Of a DNA stretch of 64,000 bases, positions 7,989 through 18,436 are shown in pieces (the first letter of the stretch is position 1; each line of letters starts with the position of its first letter). This DNA is from an uncultured Candidatus Saccharibacteria bacterium. Lineage in GTDB: Bacteria; Patescibacteriota; Minisyncoccia; Phycocordibacterales; CAYSCM01. The notes beneath the pieces were generated by a model. It saw only the letters and a program-made list of their open reading frames with translations, did no database searches and was not told the origin of the DNA. Both the position numbers and the translations under genes were made by a program. The stretch is taken from NCBI GenBank assembly GCA_964429815.1, contig CAYSCM010000001.1:288001-352000 (forward strand), in the 5' to 3' direction.

Positions 7989-9947
7989 ATGCCTCCGATG
8001 GGAGATCAAAAAGAGAAAAAAGGCGATAAAAAGCGTAATCCACGTCGTCCACTCTTTCCGCTTCCGGGAGGGGGTGGGTTGTGGGCCAATCTTTTTACCG
8101 CGCTCCTTATTTTTCTCCTGCTCGCCAGCATCTACTCATTCTTTGCGGGAAGCGCCGGCAACCCCGAGAATATTCCCCTTTCGCAGCTTGCCACCGACAT
8201 CACGGCGGGGAAGGTGAGCAGCATCGTTGTTTCTGGCGACGATCTCAAGATCACCTACGCGGACAAAAGCGAGAAAGCTTCGAAAAAGGAATCGGGCACC
8301 GCGCTCACGCAGACCCTCGATAACTACGGAGTCACCCCTGACGCGCTTCGGAAAGTTTCCATCTCGATCGAGAATCAGTCCGGGTTCCGTTTTTGGTTCC
8401 TCGAGCTTTCGCCCTTTATCCTCCCGCTCATTTTTATCGTCGCTCTCTTCTGGTTCCTTTCGCGACAGGTGCGTGGCGCGGGCATGCAAGCCTTTACGTT
8501 CGGCCAGAGCAAAGCGCGCATGATCGATCCCAATGACAAAAATCAGCGGGTGACTTTCAAAGACGTCGCTGGTGCCAAGGAGGCGAAAGAAGAGCTTACC
8601 GAAATAGTTGACTTCCTGCGCAACCCTAAGAAATTCCTCGACATCGGCGCGCGCATTCCGAAAGGGCTTCTCCTCATGGGCGCCCCGGGAACAGGGAAGA
8701 CCTTGCTTGCTCGCGCGGTCGCAGGTGAGGCAGGCGTGCCCTTCTTTACCATCTCCGGAAGCGAGTTCGTCGAAATGTTCGTCGGCGTCGGCGCCTCCCG
8801 CGTGCGCGACCTTTTCGCGATGGCTAAGCGCGCCGCTCCGGCCATTATTTTCGTCGATGAGATCGACGCTGTGGGGCGCGTGCGCGGCACCGGGGTCGGC
8901 GGCGGCAACGATGAACGCGAACAGACGCTGAATCAAATCCTCGTCGAAATGGACGGCTTTGAACCGAATGAAAAGGTGATCGTCATGGCTGCGACCAATC
9001 GTCCCGATGTACTCGATCCTGCACTCCTTCGCCCCGGTCGCTTCGATCGCCGCGTCGTCATCGACCTTCCCGATCGCTCCGACCGCGAGGAAATTCTCAA
9101 AATCCACGCACGCAAAAAGCCGCTCGCTGAAGATGTGAATCTCACGACGGTCGCCGAGCGAACGCCCGGCTTTTCAGGAGCCGATCTCTACTCGCTTATG
9201 AACGAGGGTGCCATTTTAGCCGCCCGCGAGAATAGGAAGCGCGTCTCGCAGTTCGACCTTATCCGCTCTATCGAGAAGGTGATGCTGGGGCCTGAGCGCA
9301 AGAGCCACCTTCTTAATAAAAAAGAGAAGGAAATAACTGCGTACCACGAAGCCGGACACGCCCTTGTCTCCTCAATTCTCCCGTATTCAGATCCAGTCCA
9401 TAAAATCTCGATCATTTCTCGTGGTCGCGCGGCAGGGTACACGCTCAAGCTTCCGTTTGAAGAGACGAAAATGCAGTCACGTCGTGAGTTTCTCGATGAC
9501 ATTGCCGTCTCCCTCGGCGGCTACATAGCGGAGCGTATTGTTTTCGGCGATCTCACGACCGGCCCAAGCAACGACCTCCAAGTTTTGACGGCGCTTGCGC
9601 GCAACATGGTCACCAAGTACGGCATGAGCGAAAAAATGGGACCCGTCGCACTCGAGGGCGAGGGAGGGGCTCTCTTTGGTGCGGGTGTAGGAAGCAAGGA
9701 GTACTCTGAGCGCGTCTCCGCGGAAGTGGATGCCGAAGTGAAAGGCATCATCGATGGGGCCTACAAGAAAGCAGAGACCACCATTAATGAACATCGCCAG
9801 CTCCTTGATGCTATTGCTAAGCGCCTCATCGAAGTCGAGACAATCGAACGCGATGACTTTGAAAAAATTCTCATTACGCACGGCGTGACGCCGAAGAAAA
9901 AAGACGAGCGCATTGATACGACCGAGACGCTCGTCATTCGAGACTAG
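7989..9947 (+). CDS. ftsH: ATP-dependent zinc metalloprotease FtsH
   Basis: GAPGTGKT Walker A, an SRH region, the HEAGHAL zinc motif, and an N-terminal transmembrane/periplasmic region. Start chosen at ATG 7989 after TATACT. The longer track ORF overlaps smpB. Confidence 0.9.
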   Translation: MPPMGDQKEKKGDKKRNPRRPLFPLPGGGGLWANLFTALLIFLLLASIYSFFAGSAGNPENIPLSQLATDITAGKVSSIVVSGDDLKITYADKSEKASKKESGTALTQTLDNYGVTPDALRKVSISIENQSGFRFWFLELSPFILPLIFIVALFWFLSRQVRGAGMQAFTFGQSKARMIDPNDKNQRVTFKDVAGAKEAKEELTEIVDFLRNPKKFLDIGARIPKGLLLMGAPGTGKTLLARAVAGEAGVPFFTISGSEFVEMFVGVGASRVRDLFAMAKRAAPAIIFVDEIDAVGRVRGTGVGGGNDEREQTLNQILVEMDGFEPNEKVIVMAATNRPDVLDPALLRPGRFDRRVVIDLPDRSDREEILKIHARKKPLAEDVNLTTVAERTPGFSGADLYSLMNEGAILAARENRKRVSQFDLIRSIEKVMLGPERKSHLLNKKEKEITAYHEAGHALVSSILPYSDPVHKISIISRGRAAGYTLKLPFEETKMQSRREFLDDIAVSLGGYIAERIVFGDLTTGPSNDLQVLTALARNMVTKYGMSEKMGPVALEGEGGALFGAGVGSKEYSERVSAEVDAEVKGIIDGAYKKAETTINEHRQLLDAIAKRLIEVETIERDDFEKILITHGVTPKKKDERIDTTETLVIRD

Positions 9948-9955
9948 ATAAAAAA

Positions 9956-9980
9956 GCGGCCGCGACTCTCGTCGCGGCCG
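9956..9980 (-). terminator. intrinsic terminator (minus-strand oriented)
   Basis: 9-bp GC stem cggccgcga/tcgcggccg with an A-tract on plus (a T-tract on minus). Between convergent genes. Confidence 0.45.
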
Positions 9981-9987
9981 TCGTCGC

Positions 9988-10500
9988 TCAGGCGGCTTTC
10001 TTCTTCCGCATCTCCTCGATATCCTTGAGGATCACCTTGGGGATCTTGGGGTTGCCGTTGCGGTAGACGAATCGGAGCGCCTTGGCCCGCATCTGCGCAA
10101 TTTTCTGCACCGCTTTCTCGGAGAGGACTTCTACCGGATCGACGTGCTTTTCCCGCTCGTCAGCATACTTCACCGCAAATCGAATGACTTGTGCCATCGT
10201 GAGCGGCCGCTTTTGCTTCTGCAACTCCGCGATAATGAAAGGAGAACCTGAGACGCTCACTCCGAGAAGCGTGTTCTTCCGAAAACCGTGAAGATGGAGC
10301 ACGACGCTCCCATCGAAGGCGCGGTCCTCCACGTCTGTCTTATTGCGGTTTCGCCAGGGCATAAGTGTGAGCTCCTCAAAAAACGGCATCGCGAAGAAGT
10401 TGGTCGAAGGTGGTACGCGCGGGATCTGCCGCATGATCTCGGCGATCCCAGGGAAACCAACGAGACTAACGGTTTCCACGCGAGTTTTCTTTGTGCGCAT
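9988..10500 (-). CDS. hypothetical protein (start at internal ATG giving ~170 aa)
   Basis: ORF with coding-like composition. No motif recognised. Confidence 0.35.
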   Translation of the reverse strand: MRTKKTRVETVSLVGFPGIAEIMRQIPRVPPSTNFFAMPFFEELTLMPWRNRNKTDVEDRAFDGSVVLHLHGFRKNTLLGVSVSGSPFIIAELQKQKRPLTMAQVIRFAVKYADEREKHVDPVEVLSEKAVQKIAQMRAKALRFVYRNGNPKIPKVILKDIEEMRKKKAA

Positions 10501-10732
10501 TGCTCTCTCCTGTTTTCTGGTCTCCAGAAAGGATACCCAGGCAGAAAAACTAATCAAGTACTTAAAGGAAGGCGAAAAAGGCTGCAACCGCTGCAATCTG
10601 CACCGCTTTAAGGACGGCACCTATAAAAATAAGTTGTTTCGCCTTTTTCTTGCTCACGTTTATGTAAACGTAGAGAGAGGCGTTTCGTTACAAATTCCTG
10701 ATTTACATGATGTGCGCTATAGTCCCGAGGAT

Positions 10733-10805
10733 GGGCGTGTAGCTCAACGGTTAGAGCACCAAGCTTATACCTTGGTGGTTCCTGGTTCGAATCCAGGCAC
10801 GCCCA
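10733..10805 (+). tRNA. tRNA-Ile (anticodon TAT, reads AUA)
   Basis: Cloverleaf with acceptor gggcgtg/cacgccc, anticodon loop cuUAUac, T-loop ttcgaat. No encoded CCA. Confidence 0.7.
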
Positions 10806-12956
10806 CTATTCGAAGTGAAGGTTGGCAGACGCTTCGGCGGCTTTTGTAGCGACGTGTGGGTACTTAGCGAGGGTAGGATCCTCCTCAACAAGCGCCTCGG
10901 CCTCCGTGCGGGCCGCCTCTACCATTTTGAGATTGCTCATCGCTTCCATCGCGATATCCGAGATGCCCCACTGACGCCCTCCGCCGAGCTCGCCCGCACC
11001 ACGCAGCTTGAGATCAAATTCGGCGAGTTCAAAGCCATTTTTTGCTGTTTTGATGGCGCGTAAACGATCCGTGGTCTGCTTTCCCTTAGAATCCGCAAAC
11101 ACGTAGCAATATGCTTGATGTGTGGAGCGAAGCACGCGGCCACGAAGCTGGTGGAGTTGGGCCAGTCCAAAACGTTCCGCCCCCTCGATGACAATTACCG
11201 TCGCATTCGGAACATTCACGCCCACCTCGACAACCGACGTTGCAACCAATATCTGGATTTTATTCGCAGCGAATTGCTCCATAACGGAGTCCTTGTCCGA
11301 CGCACTCATTTTGCTGTGGAGTATGCCAACATCGAATTCCGGAAATACTTCATCAGCGAGGCGTTTCGCCTCTTTTTTCACCGATTTAGCGAGAAGAGCG
11401 AGCTCCTTGGTGGGATCGGGCTCGTCAATGCGCGGGCAAATGACGTAGGCTTGGCGGCCCGCTTTGAGCTCGGAGCGGATTTTTTCGTAGACACTTTCGC
11501 GCTCACTTGGTGCGACGATTTCTGTCACTATCGGCTTGCGTCCCGCGGGCATCTCGTCGAGGAGTGAGAGGTCGAGATCGCCGTAAATGGTAAGGGCAAG
11601 TGTGCGGGGGATGGGGGTCGCCGTCATAGAGAGAAGGTGAGGTGCAATGTCGTCCTTACGTACCAGTTTTTTCCGCTCCCTCGTGCCGAAGCGATGCTGC
11701 TCGTCGATGATGACGTAGGCAAGATTCTTAAATTTAACCGCCTTTTGAATGAGAGCGTGGGTGCCGATGAGGATGGGTATTTCGCCATTAGCGACCCACC
11801 TGAGAAGCTGTGCGCGGGAGATATCCGTAGCACCCTCGCGGTTAACTTTTGAGGGGAACTTTTTACAGCCCGAGCTCGTGAGGAGGCCGATGTTGATGGG
11901 AAGGTGCTTAAATAGCGCTATGAAAGATTCAAAGTGCTGCTTGGCGAGGATTTCGGTCGGTACCATGTAGGCGACCTGAAGATTGCCAAAATTCTGCCCC
12001 GCCGGTCGGGTCATCACGGTGGCGTACGCGGTCGCAGCGGCAACCGCGGTTTTCCCCGACCCCACATCGCCCTCGAGAAGGCGCGACATAGGGTGTCCCG
12101 ATTTCATATCAGACACAATGTTTTCAATAGATTTTTTTTGTGCACCGGTGAGGGGGAAAGAAAAGCGTGACGTAAATTCACTGATGTCGCGCTGCTCGAG
12201 TGCAATTTTGAACGATTGATGGTGTTCGTACTCACGACGCTCCTTAAACTTTCCGACCTGAATAAAAAATACTTCCTCAAAGGCGAAGCGCTTTTTTGCC
12301 GAAATTGAATCCCTAAGCGTTTTTGGGGTGTGGATCCACACCAGAGCGGCGGCTTTGGTGGGGAGGTGGTAGCGCTCGATGATCTCGGCGGGAATTGGGT
12401 CGACGATTTTCTCCAGAATGCCGCTTTTGAGGACACGGTCGATGGCATAGTAGAACCACTTCGAGGTGATGCCTCGGCTCTCGGGGTAGATGGGGTAGAG
12501 GCTCGAGGCGCTCATATCGGAAAACATGGGCCCCGTGCCGGCCTCGTTTATGTGAGCGGCTTCGATTTCGGGATTACCAAAGTACACACCCGATTTTCCC
12601 GAGCCGACTTTGCCGGCAATTTTTACAAAACTCCCGTCGGGATGCATTTTCGCGATGTAGGGCTGGTTGAACCAAATGAGTTTGACCTTGCCGCTCCCGT
12701 CCTCGAGGTAGCCCTCCGCAATGGGGACCTTGGAGCGGAAGGCGCGGCGTGTTTTGGGCCCTTTGAGAACGCCGTAGAGCGTTGCGGCCTCACCCGGGGC
12801 GAGCGTCGCCACCGTCTTCGTCCTCCCTAAATTTTCGTAGCGGGTCGGGTAGTGGGAGAGGAGGTCGTCGATCGTTGCGATGCTGAGTTTCCTGTGGGCC
12901 CGTTTTTGGACTTCTGAAATACGAAAATGTTTCTCGACGGCGTCGGTGAGTTCCAT
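10806..12956 (-). CDS. recG: ATP-dependent DNA helicase RecG
   Basis: N-terminal wedge/OB domain, GDVGSGKT Walker A, DEQHRFG motif II, helicase C-terminus. TATACT 7 nt upstream of ATG on the minus strand. Confidence 0.9.
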   Translation of the reverse strand: MELTDAVEKHFRISEVQKRAHRKLSIATIDDLLSHYPTRYENLGRTKTVATLAPGEAATLYGVLKGPKTRRAFRSKVPIAEGYLEDGSGKVKLIWFNQPYIAKMHPDGSFVKIAGKVGSGKSGVYFGNPEIEAAHINEAGTGPMFSDMSASSLYPIYPESRGITSKWFYYAIDRVLKSGILEKIVDPIPAEIIERYHLPTKAAALVWIHTPKTLRDSISAKKRFAFEEVFFIQVGKFKERREYEHHQSFKIALEQRDISEFTSRFSFPLTGAQKKSIENIVSDMKSGHPMSRLLEGDVGSGKTAVAAATAYATVMTRPAGQNFGNLQVAYMVPTEILAKQHFESFIALFKHLPINIGLLTSSGCKKFPSKVNREGATDISRAQLLRWVANGEIPILIGTHALIQKAVKFKNLAYVIIDEQHRFGTRERKKLVRKDDIAPHLLSMTATPIPRTLALTIYGDLDLSLLDEMPAGRKPIVTEIVAPSERESVYEKIRSELKAGRQAYVICPRIDEPDPTKELALLAKSVKKEAKRLADEVFPEFDVGILHSKMSASDKDSVMEQFAANKIQILVATSVVEVGVNVPNATVIVIEGAERFGLAQLHQLRGRVLRSTHQAYCYVFADSKGKQTTDRLRAIKTAKNGFELAEFDLKLRGAGELGGGRQWGISDIAMEAMSNLKMVEAARTEAEALVEEDPTLAKYPHVATKAAEASANLHFE

Positions 12957-13020
12957 GGGCCCTAGTATACGTTGGATAGGGAGGTTGTGAGAGGAGCGGG
13001 AATGACGCTACGATGGGGTA

Positions 13021-13509
13021 ATGAAACTCGAAGGCGGTGCGCCGGAGCGTCCCCGGATGGAACTGCGTAAATTAATACCTAAGACAGACTCGGAAGAGAG
13101 CTCGCTCTCTTCCGGACCTCTTTCCCCGATGGCGAAGCTCGTCCAGGAGATCCGCAAGGCGCCAAAGGGTGCCAAGGCGCCACAACCACATGAGCGACTG
13201 GAGAAGGAGCGTCCAGCACCTGCCAATATCAACTACGAGATAATCACCAACTGGGTCAGTCGGGTCACAACGGTAGACGATATCAAAAACTTACTCCAGG
13301 GTCTCTATGAAAAGCCCCTCGGCGATCCGAGCGACGAAGGACACTACCCCGGCTACCCGTGGGATGAAAACCCCGACGATATCATCGGCGCGCTCACGAC
13401 ATATCTCGCGAGCGAGCGTACCGACGAGGCTGCGCTTGAGCGCATACCGCAGGAGTGTGGTCTGCGCAAGAAGGTCGTCGAGCTAGTGCCGCCACAAACG
13501 GTGCATTAG
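13021..13509 (+). CDS. hypothetical protein
   Basis: ORF only. Confidence 0.25.
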   Translation: MKLEGGAPERPRMELRKLIPKTDSEESSLSSGPLSPMAKLVQEIRKAPKGAKAPQPHERLEKERPAPANINYEIITNWVSRVTTVDDIKNLLQGLYEKPLGDPSDEGHYPGYPWDENPDDIIGALTTYLASERTDEAALERIPQECGLRKKVVELVPPQTVH

Positions 13510-13571
13510 GAAAAAGACAAAAAAGTGTTATTGTTGGCGGTGAGAGGAGTTCTTCGCTAAGGAGAACGACG

Positions 13572-13823
13572 ATGACTATCATCCCCGACCCAGCTGTCGA
13601 GTTCCTCGAACTCGCGAAGCAGTCAATACAGACGACAGACCACTTCCACATGGCATGCCGCCTGGCGTCTCTCCACGATTTCGGCTCTGAAGGTAATAAG
13701 CTCGTGCATAGGGGACTCTGTGAGATCGGGGAGGGAGTTCTCGAGCGCATCCGCACCGACTTCGAGGCTGAGCTCGGCGCGCTAGCGCTTGCAAAAGCCG
13801 CGAGGTTCAAAATCGCGGCGTAA
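13572..13823 (+). CDS. hypothetical small protein (83 aa)
   Basis: GGAG Shine-Dalgarno sequence upstream of ATG 13572. Followed by a strong terminator. Confidence 0.3.
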   Translation: MTIIPDPAVEFLELAKQSIQTTDHFHMACRLASLHDFGSEGNKLVHRGLCEIGEGVLERIRTDFEAELGALALAKAARFKIAA

Positions 13824-13832
13824 AAAAACAAA

Positions 13833-13860
13833 GCCGCCGGTTCCTGACCGGCGGCTTTTT
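13833..13860. terminator. bidirectional intrinsic terminator
   Basis: gccgccgg-ttcctga-ccggcggc stem with an A-tract on the left and TTTTT on the right. Convergent genes. Confidence 0.6.
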
Positions 13861-13861
13861 G

Positions 13862-14230
13862 TCAGCTTGCTTTAGAGTGTCTTGCATCAAGCGCTAGCGC
13901 TAGCGCCATCGCGGCGATCGAGATGTCCCGGAAGAGGACAACAAACTGCGCACCGTTGAAGATTACGATCGCGGCGAGCATGAAGGTGGCAAGAGCGCAG
14001 GGGATGAGTATGCGCCAGCCCGAGAGGATCCAGAGAGCAATCACCACTTCAACAACTTCGAAGAGAGTGAGGAGTGTTGTGTCGGCGACGTAGCCGCGCA
14101 CGAGCTCAGGAAAGTAGCCTGTCCAACCACTCGGATCTCCTCCGAAGATCCACACTGACAGCGGCGGATAAAGAAACGCAAACGCGACGCCGGTGCGAAG
14201 GAGGAGCGAAGTGCGTTTATCCATATGCAC
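13862..14230 (-). CDS. DoxX-family membrane protein
   Basis: Four predicted transmembrane helices and a DoxX-like hydrophobic pattern. Confidence 0.5.
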   Translation of the reverse strand: MHMDKRTSLLLRTGVAFAFLYPPLSVWIFGGDPSGWTGYFPELVRGYVADTTLLTLFEVVEVVIALWILSGWRILIPCALATFMLAAIVIFNGAQFVVLFRDISIAAMALALALDARHSKAS

Positions 14231-14250
14231 TTAGTATCGCACGGCGGATT

Positions 14251-14772
14251 CTACTGCACGACGATGGTGCACTTCTGACTGGCGCGCAGGTGGTTGTGAC
14301 AGCCCCACTTTCCGGCATAACTGAAAGTAAAGTCGAAGTACTGTCCGGGCCCGAGCGCTTTGCAAGCGTCGAAGGAGCTTCCGAGACAATCTGAAGCGCT
14401 CTTTTGCGGGTAGAGCGAGTGTGTGGGATGAATGTCCGAGGCTGGCCAGAAGGATGCCGAGGTATCGTTGTTCATAAAACGCACCGTCTGGCCTTTTTTG
14501 ATCGTAATGGTTGTCGGGTTGAAGCCACTTGTGCTCCAATCCACCATGGCATCGTAGCCTTGCGTGTTGGTCGAGGAGCTCTCGTTTCCTGTCACGGTGC
14601 CGGTCTCCATGCCACTTCCCGTGGGGCCTCCTGGGGTATAGTCGGAGCCTCCGGAGGTTGTTTGCGTCTGCCCCGACGGAGAGGGGGAGGCGGTATTTTG
14701 GGAAATGAGGTACCAACCGCCTACGACGATGATAACGAGTATGACGATGATCCAAAGGGTACGCGTGCTCAT
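14251..14772 (-). CDS. membrane-anchored secreted protein, possibly cupredoxin-like metal-binding
   Basis: N-terminal transmembrane segment, Ser/Thr/Gly-rich linker, C-terminal domain with conserved His/Cys (HPTH, C...C, CHNH). Confidence 0.3.
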   Translation of the reverse strand: MSTRTLWIIVILVIIVVGGWYLISQNTASPSPSGQTQTTSGGSDYTPGGPTGSGMETGTVTGNESSSTNTQGYDAMVDWSTSGFNPTTITIKKGQTVRFMNNDTSASFWPASDIHPTHSLYPQKSASDCLGSSFDACKALGPGQYFDFTFSYAGKWGCHNHLRASQKCTIVVQ

Positions 14773-14816
14773 GGAATGGACAAGGTTAATGAAAAAGAAG
14801 CCTTAGTATACCAAAT

Positions 14817-15596
14817 CTACGAAGTGGAGGCGTTTTTGGGTGCCGAGCGCTTCTCTACTTCGATCGCAAGAAAGAGGGGGATCTCTTTGCGGGAGTGATC
14901 TTCGGCAGCAGCCCGTGGGCCCTTCTCGCTCACCTTGTGCGAGATCCACTCTTCAAGGCGGGTGATGGAAAGCCCTGCCGAGCGAAGTGCCTTCGTATAG
15001 TCTTGCAGCGATCGGTGAAATGAATACGTAAATTCTTTCGCCGCCGAACCCGGGTGCGTATCTATTTCGATCTTCGCGGACGAAAGATAGGCATCGATTC
15101 TGCGATACTGCACCCTTTCTTTCTCATCGTAGCCCCAAGAACTTTTTTTCGGGATACGAAAGGCGGGATGATTAAGGACAAAGATAAAACGCCCCGTTTT
15201 CGTCAGCACGCGTGCCACCTCCGCAAACACCGGGGGAAGCGATTGCATATTTTGAAGCGCAAGGACGCACAGCACGACATCAAAAGAAGCGTCGGCGGCA
15301 AAGGAGAGGTGTGTCGCATTGGCAATATGAAAGGGTATCTTCGGTGAGGCAATTTTCGCCCGTTCGATAAGGGAAGGTGAGAGATCACACCCAACAATCG
15401 TTTTGGCGTTTTGTGCGAAAGCTCTCGTGAAGTATCCTTCTCCGCAAGCAAGATCAAGCACGGCCTCGGCCTTGTCGAGCTCGAGGATACGCTTGAGATT
15501 GGGGAGAAGCACTCTCGCGTGGTAGGTATCCCCCTCCTCGAGGTGTTGCCCGTACCAATCCGCGACATTTTCCCATGACGTGTCTTTCTTTTTCAT
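14817..15596 (-). CDS. class I SAM-dependent methyltransferase
   Basis: LDLACGEGYF motif I. ATGA overlap with the upstream disrupted kinase gene. Confidence 0.7.
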   Translation of the reverse strand: MKKKDTSWENVADWYGQHLEEGDTYHARVLLPNLKRILELDKAEAVLDLACGEGYFTRAFAQNAKTIVGCDLSPSLIERAKIASPKIPFHIANATHLSFAADASFDVVLCVLALQNMQSLPPVFAEVARVLTKTGRFIFVLNHPAFRIPKKSSWGYDEKERVQYRRIDAYLSSAKIEIDTHPGSAAKEFTYSFHRSLQDYTKALRSAGLSITRLEEWISHKVSEKGPRAAAEDHSRKEIPLFLAIEVEKRSAPKNASTS

Positions 15597-16183
15597 CTCT
15601 TTTCCAAAACAGCGATCACACGCTCGTACAGAGTGTCGATGGGGGAGGCTTTTATGAGTAAGAAATTGTTGGATTCTGCTTGTTTTTTGATCTTATTTCC
15701 GTATGTGTAGTGATACAGGGCATCTTTCTTTGCTCTCTCTCCTTCCTTATTACCACGCTTGCGCAGAGTCTGTCTCTCATAAATGGGCTCGACTTCGTCG
15801 TAAAGGAAGAGTGCCTTTATTTGGATCTAGTCTCTCGTGGCCAATAGATCGGGAATAATCCCATCACCTTCGAAAATTACCTCTTCATTGCATCGTATAT
15901 GTTTCGAAAGGAGTGTATTGAGAGAAGGCCATACTGCGTGGCCAACATCGAGTAATTTCTGAGCGAAAACCTCGGCAGAAAAATCTTCAAGATAATTTTG
16001 GTGATCGACAAACGTAAACAATGCTGGAGACCTTGAGCTGTCGGCCACTTCGCGGATCGCAATTCGTATGTCGTCTATCTCGGTCAGGGGAATCTGATAT
16101 TTATTTGCAATCTGTCGAGCCAAATACGATTTTCCTACGCCGGAACTTCCGCCAATAAGGAGGACTGTCCATTCTTTCTCCAT
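15593..16183 (-). pseudogene. P-loop kinase/NTPase gene interrupted by an in-frame TAG (amber) at 15827-15829
   Basis: LLIGGSSGVGKS Walker A. The reading frame continues in the same frame through the TAG for 77 more codons, to a TGA overlapping the methyltransferase ATG. Low GC. Confidence 0.5.
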
Positions 16184-16211
16184 CCTTCAATTATAAGGCG
16201 AGCTACTCTGG

Positions 16212-16276
16212 ATTCAGAAAACCGTCGTCAATCCCCATAAGGGTATTTTAGCGCTTCTAAAGACGACTTGTTGAGG
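16212..16276 (-). repeat. attC-like repeat copy A (degenerate R' end)
   Basis: In gene orientation CCTCAAC lies directly after the VOC stop codon, followed by conserved gggattgac... Shares >70% identity with copies B and C. Confidence 0.4.
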
Positions 16277-16287
16277 CTCTCAGGTCG

Positions 16288-16656
16288 CTAAGATTTATGC
16301 ACCGCTTCAAGATTGTGGCCGTTGGGGTCAATTACAAACGCAGCAAAATATCCAGGCTCATAATCGCGCAGGCCGGGAGCACCATTATCAGTCGCGCCAC
16401 GGGTAAGTGCAATTTTGTAAAATTCCTCAACGGCCTGCCTGCTCTTTGCGGTCAGGGCTATGTGTACGGATTTTGAAAGGGGCATGTCCACTCCGGCCTG
16501 GCTTATTTCGAGCATGTCGTGAGGGTTAGACCCAAAGCCAACTACGACACCTTCAATTTCAAATACGACATTGTACCCGAGTGCCCCAAGTACCGCTTCG
16601 TAAAACAAGCGGTTCTTTGCGAAATCTGTTACTTTAATTTGTACGTGGTCAAACAT
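16288..16656 (-). CDS. VOC/glyoxalase-family protein (cassette)
   Basis: Glyoxalase fold pattern. Low GC. Confidence 0.55.
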   Translation of the reverse strand: MFDHVQIKVTDFAKNRLFYEAVLGALGYNVVFEIEGVVVGFGSNPHDMLEISQAGVDMPLSKSVHIALTAKSRQAVEEFYKIALTRGATDNGAPGLRDYEPGYFAAFVIDPNGHNLEAVHKS

Positions 16657-16726
16657 ACTTACATTATAGTCGAGTGTTGATACCCGGATCTGTCCGATAC
16701 AAAAGTCTTCGGGCGGGCCGCTCGGG

Positions 16727-16792
16727 ATTCAAACTTTTAAGCTCAATAAACACGAGGGTATTTTTGGCCCATCTTGGTGCAATCTGTTGAGG
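16727..16792 (-). repeat. attC-like repeat copy B
   Basis: In gene orientation: CCTCAAC ... aaaaGTTTGAATcccgagcggcccg. Confidence 0.4.
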
Positions 16793-16863
16793 CCTTCGAG
16801 TCGCAAAGGTTTCTTTGGGATTATCCGAATTGAACTCCGGGAAGATCCTTTCGACGTAACCTG

Positions 16864-17553
16864 CTACCATTGTCCGAGATCAAGAACCGGCTTGCCGATA
16901 ACCGCGTTTTGTGCGACGGTCCAAGTGGAGGTTGCGGACGGATTGTCCTTGGAAAGATACCACTCGCCGCTCTGAATTGTCGTTCCGTTTATTATTTCAC
17001 CAGGAACGCCAATAACCCGAGCGATGATATTGTGCGAACTTTGGCCAGAACCAACTCTGGCAAGAATGATATCGCCTTTTTGTACGGAGCGATCATATTT
17101 TTCAATTATGAGATATTCATTTGCCGGATAAGTTGGCGCCATCGAATCCCCGCTCATCAGAAAAGGTTCGAGGAGAAAACCCCGAAAAGCTACAATGATT
17201 ATAATCGCAAACAACCAGAACGCGACAGAGCCGGTGAGGAGGGCAGGTAAAAATTTCCAGAAGGTGACGGCAAAATATTTCCGATACAGAAAATACGCAA
17301 CAGCGTAGAAAACTAAAGTTATCGAGAGCTTAAAGATGCCTGCTCCAAGCCAGAAAACCAGCACGCCCACGATGGCTGACGCGACTGTGGAAAGAAAAAG
17401 AATTATTGCAACGCGCCCAAAAGTGCTTGTTTTGATCCCATACAATTTATTTGCCAAATTCACAAACTCGATGCTACCAATGAAAAACAGTCCGCCAACA
17501 ATCAGTATGGGCACAAGAATAGTAAGACTCATGTTAAGATTATACCTTTCCAA
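16864..17553 (-). CDS. lepB: signal peptidase I with extra N-terminal TM region (cassette)
   Basis: SGDSMAPT serine box and RVIGVPGE box. Confidence 0.7.
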   Translation of the reverse strand: MERYNLNMSLTILVPILIVGGLFFIGSIEFVNLANKLYGIKTSTFGRVAIILFLSTVASAIVGVLVFWLGAGIFKLSITLVFYAVAYFLYRKYFAVTFWKFLPALLTGSVAFWLFAIIIIVAFRGFLLEPFLMSGDSMAPTYPANEYLIIEKYDRSVQKGDIILARVGSGQSSHNIIARVIGVPGEIINGTTIQSGEWYLSKDNPSATSTWTVAQNAVIGKPVLDLGQW

Positions 17554-17721
17554 AAAGGTTACTTACATTGTTCACTCAAACCCTCAGGTCTACCGATAAA
17601 AAGTTGTCAATGCGGAGAGGGCCGGTCTAGAACTCGGCCTCGTCAAGCAGTGTAAGGGTTTCTTGGCAACTTGGCGACCACGCGTTTTCAGGGAGAACGG
17701 TCGGGAGCTGTTGAATGCGAC

Positions 17722-18294
17722 CTAATGTAATCTCTTACCAGATCGCATCATCGCGAGAAGTACTTCCATACGGCGAGCTCTCGTTTCTAGCCTTTTAGCC
17801 GTTTGGAGTCTCCACGCAATCGCGTAGGTATTCACACGATTGAGTGACTTGAAAAAATCGTAAGCCTTCGGATCTTTTTTTACCGCTTCAACAAAATCCG
17901 CGGGGACCTCCGCCGTACTCCCGACGTCATAGGCTCGATCCCATCGGCCATCCTTTTTTGCCGCGTCTATCTCCCTCTTCCCAGCAGCGGTCATGCGGCC
18001 TTCTTTAAGTAGACGAAGGACGTGCTCGCGATTCCGCTTCGACCACATGCTTTGTGGACGGCGTGGCGTAAATTTTTGCAAGAATGAACCGGCATCATAG
18101 GCCTTCTTTTGCCCGTCAATCCATCCATAACAAAGCGCTTCATCGAGGGCTTCATCATAGGTTGCGGATTTGTGGCCGGAACCTTTTTTGTAAATACGGA
18201 GCCAAACACCTTCCGAACGCGAGTAATGCTTTGAAAGCCACGAACGCCAACTCGCAGCCATAGCAAACAATTTGATCGGAATTTTTTTCGCCAT
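17722..18294 (-). CDS. YdeI/OmpD-associated family protein (cassette)
   Basis: GxSxG-free basic protein matching the YdeI/OmdA bacteriocin-protection family pattern. Confidence 0.45.
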   Translation of the reverse strand: MAKKIPIKLFAMAASWRSWLSKHYSRSEGVWLRIYKKGSGHKSATYDEALDEALCYGWIDGQKKAYDAGSFLQKFTPRRPQSMWSKRNREHVLRLLKEGRMTAAGKREIDAAKKDGRWDRAYDVGSTAEVPADFVEAVKKDPKAYDFFKSLNRVNTYAIAWRLQTAKRLETRARRMEVLLAMMRSGKRLH

Positions 18295-18322
18295 GAGCCA
18301 AACGTTTTGCGGGCCACTCGGG

Positions 18323-18387
18323 ATTCAACTTTTAGAGGTCAATCCCCGCAAGAGTATTTTGGTGGATTCAATGCCGACTTGTTGAGG
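18323..18387 (-). repeat. attC-like repeat copy C
   Basis: In gene orientation, 65 nt from CCTCAAC (R''-like) to GTTGAAT (perfect GTTRRRY), with imperfect internal inverted repeats. Lies between the hydrolase stop and the YdeI start. Confidence 0.45.
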
Positions 18388-18436
18388 CACTCGGGTCGGA
18401 GTCTATAAAGCAGTGGGCTTACTAAATTGCCTGAGG

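Noticed and set aside
8136-9107. 323-aa minus-strand ORF inside ftsH
   Set aside because: Antisense to a strongly supported FtsH coding region. Composition typical of GC-rich shadow ORFs.
14231-14755. 174-aa minus ORF
   Set aside because: Alternative frame fully overlapping the better-supported 14251..14772 secreted protein. His/Arg-rich and non-protein-like.
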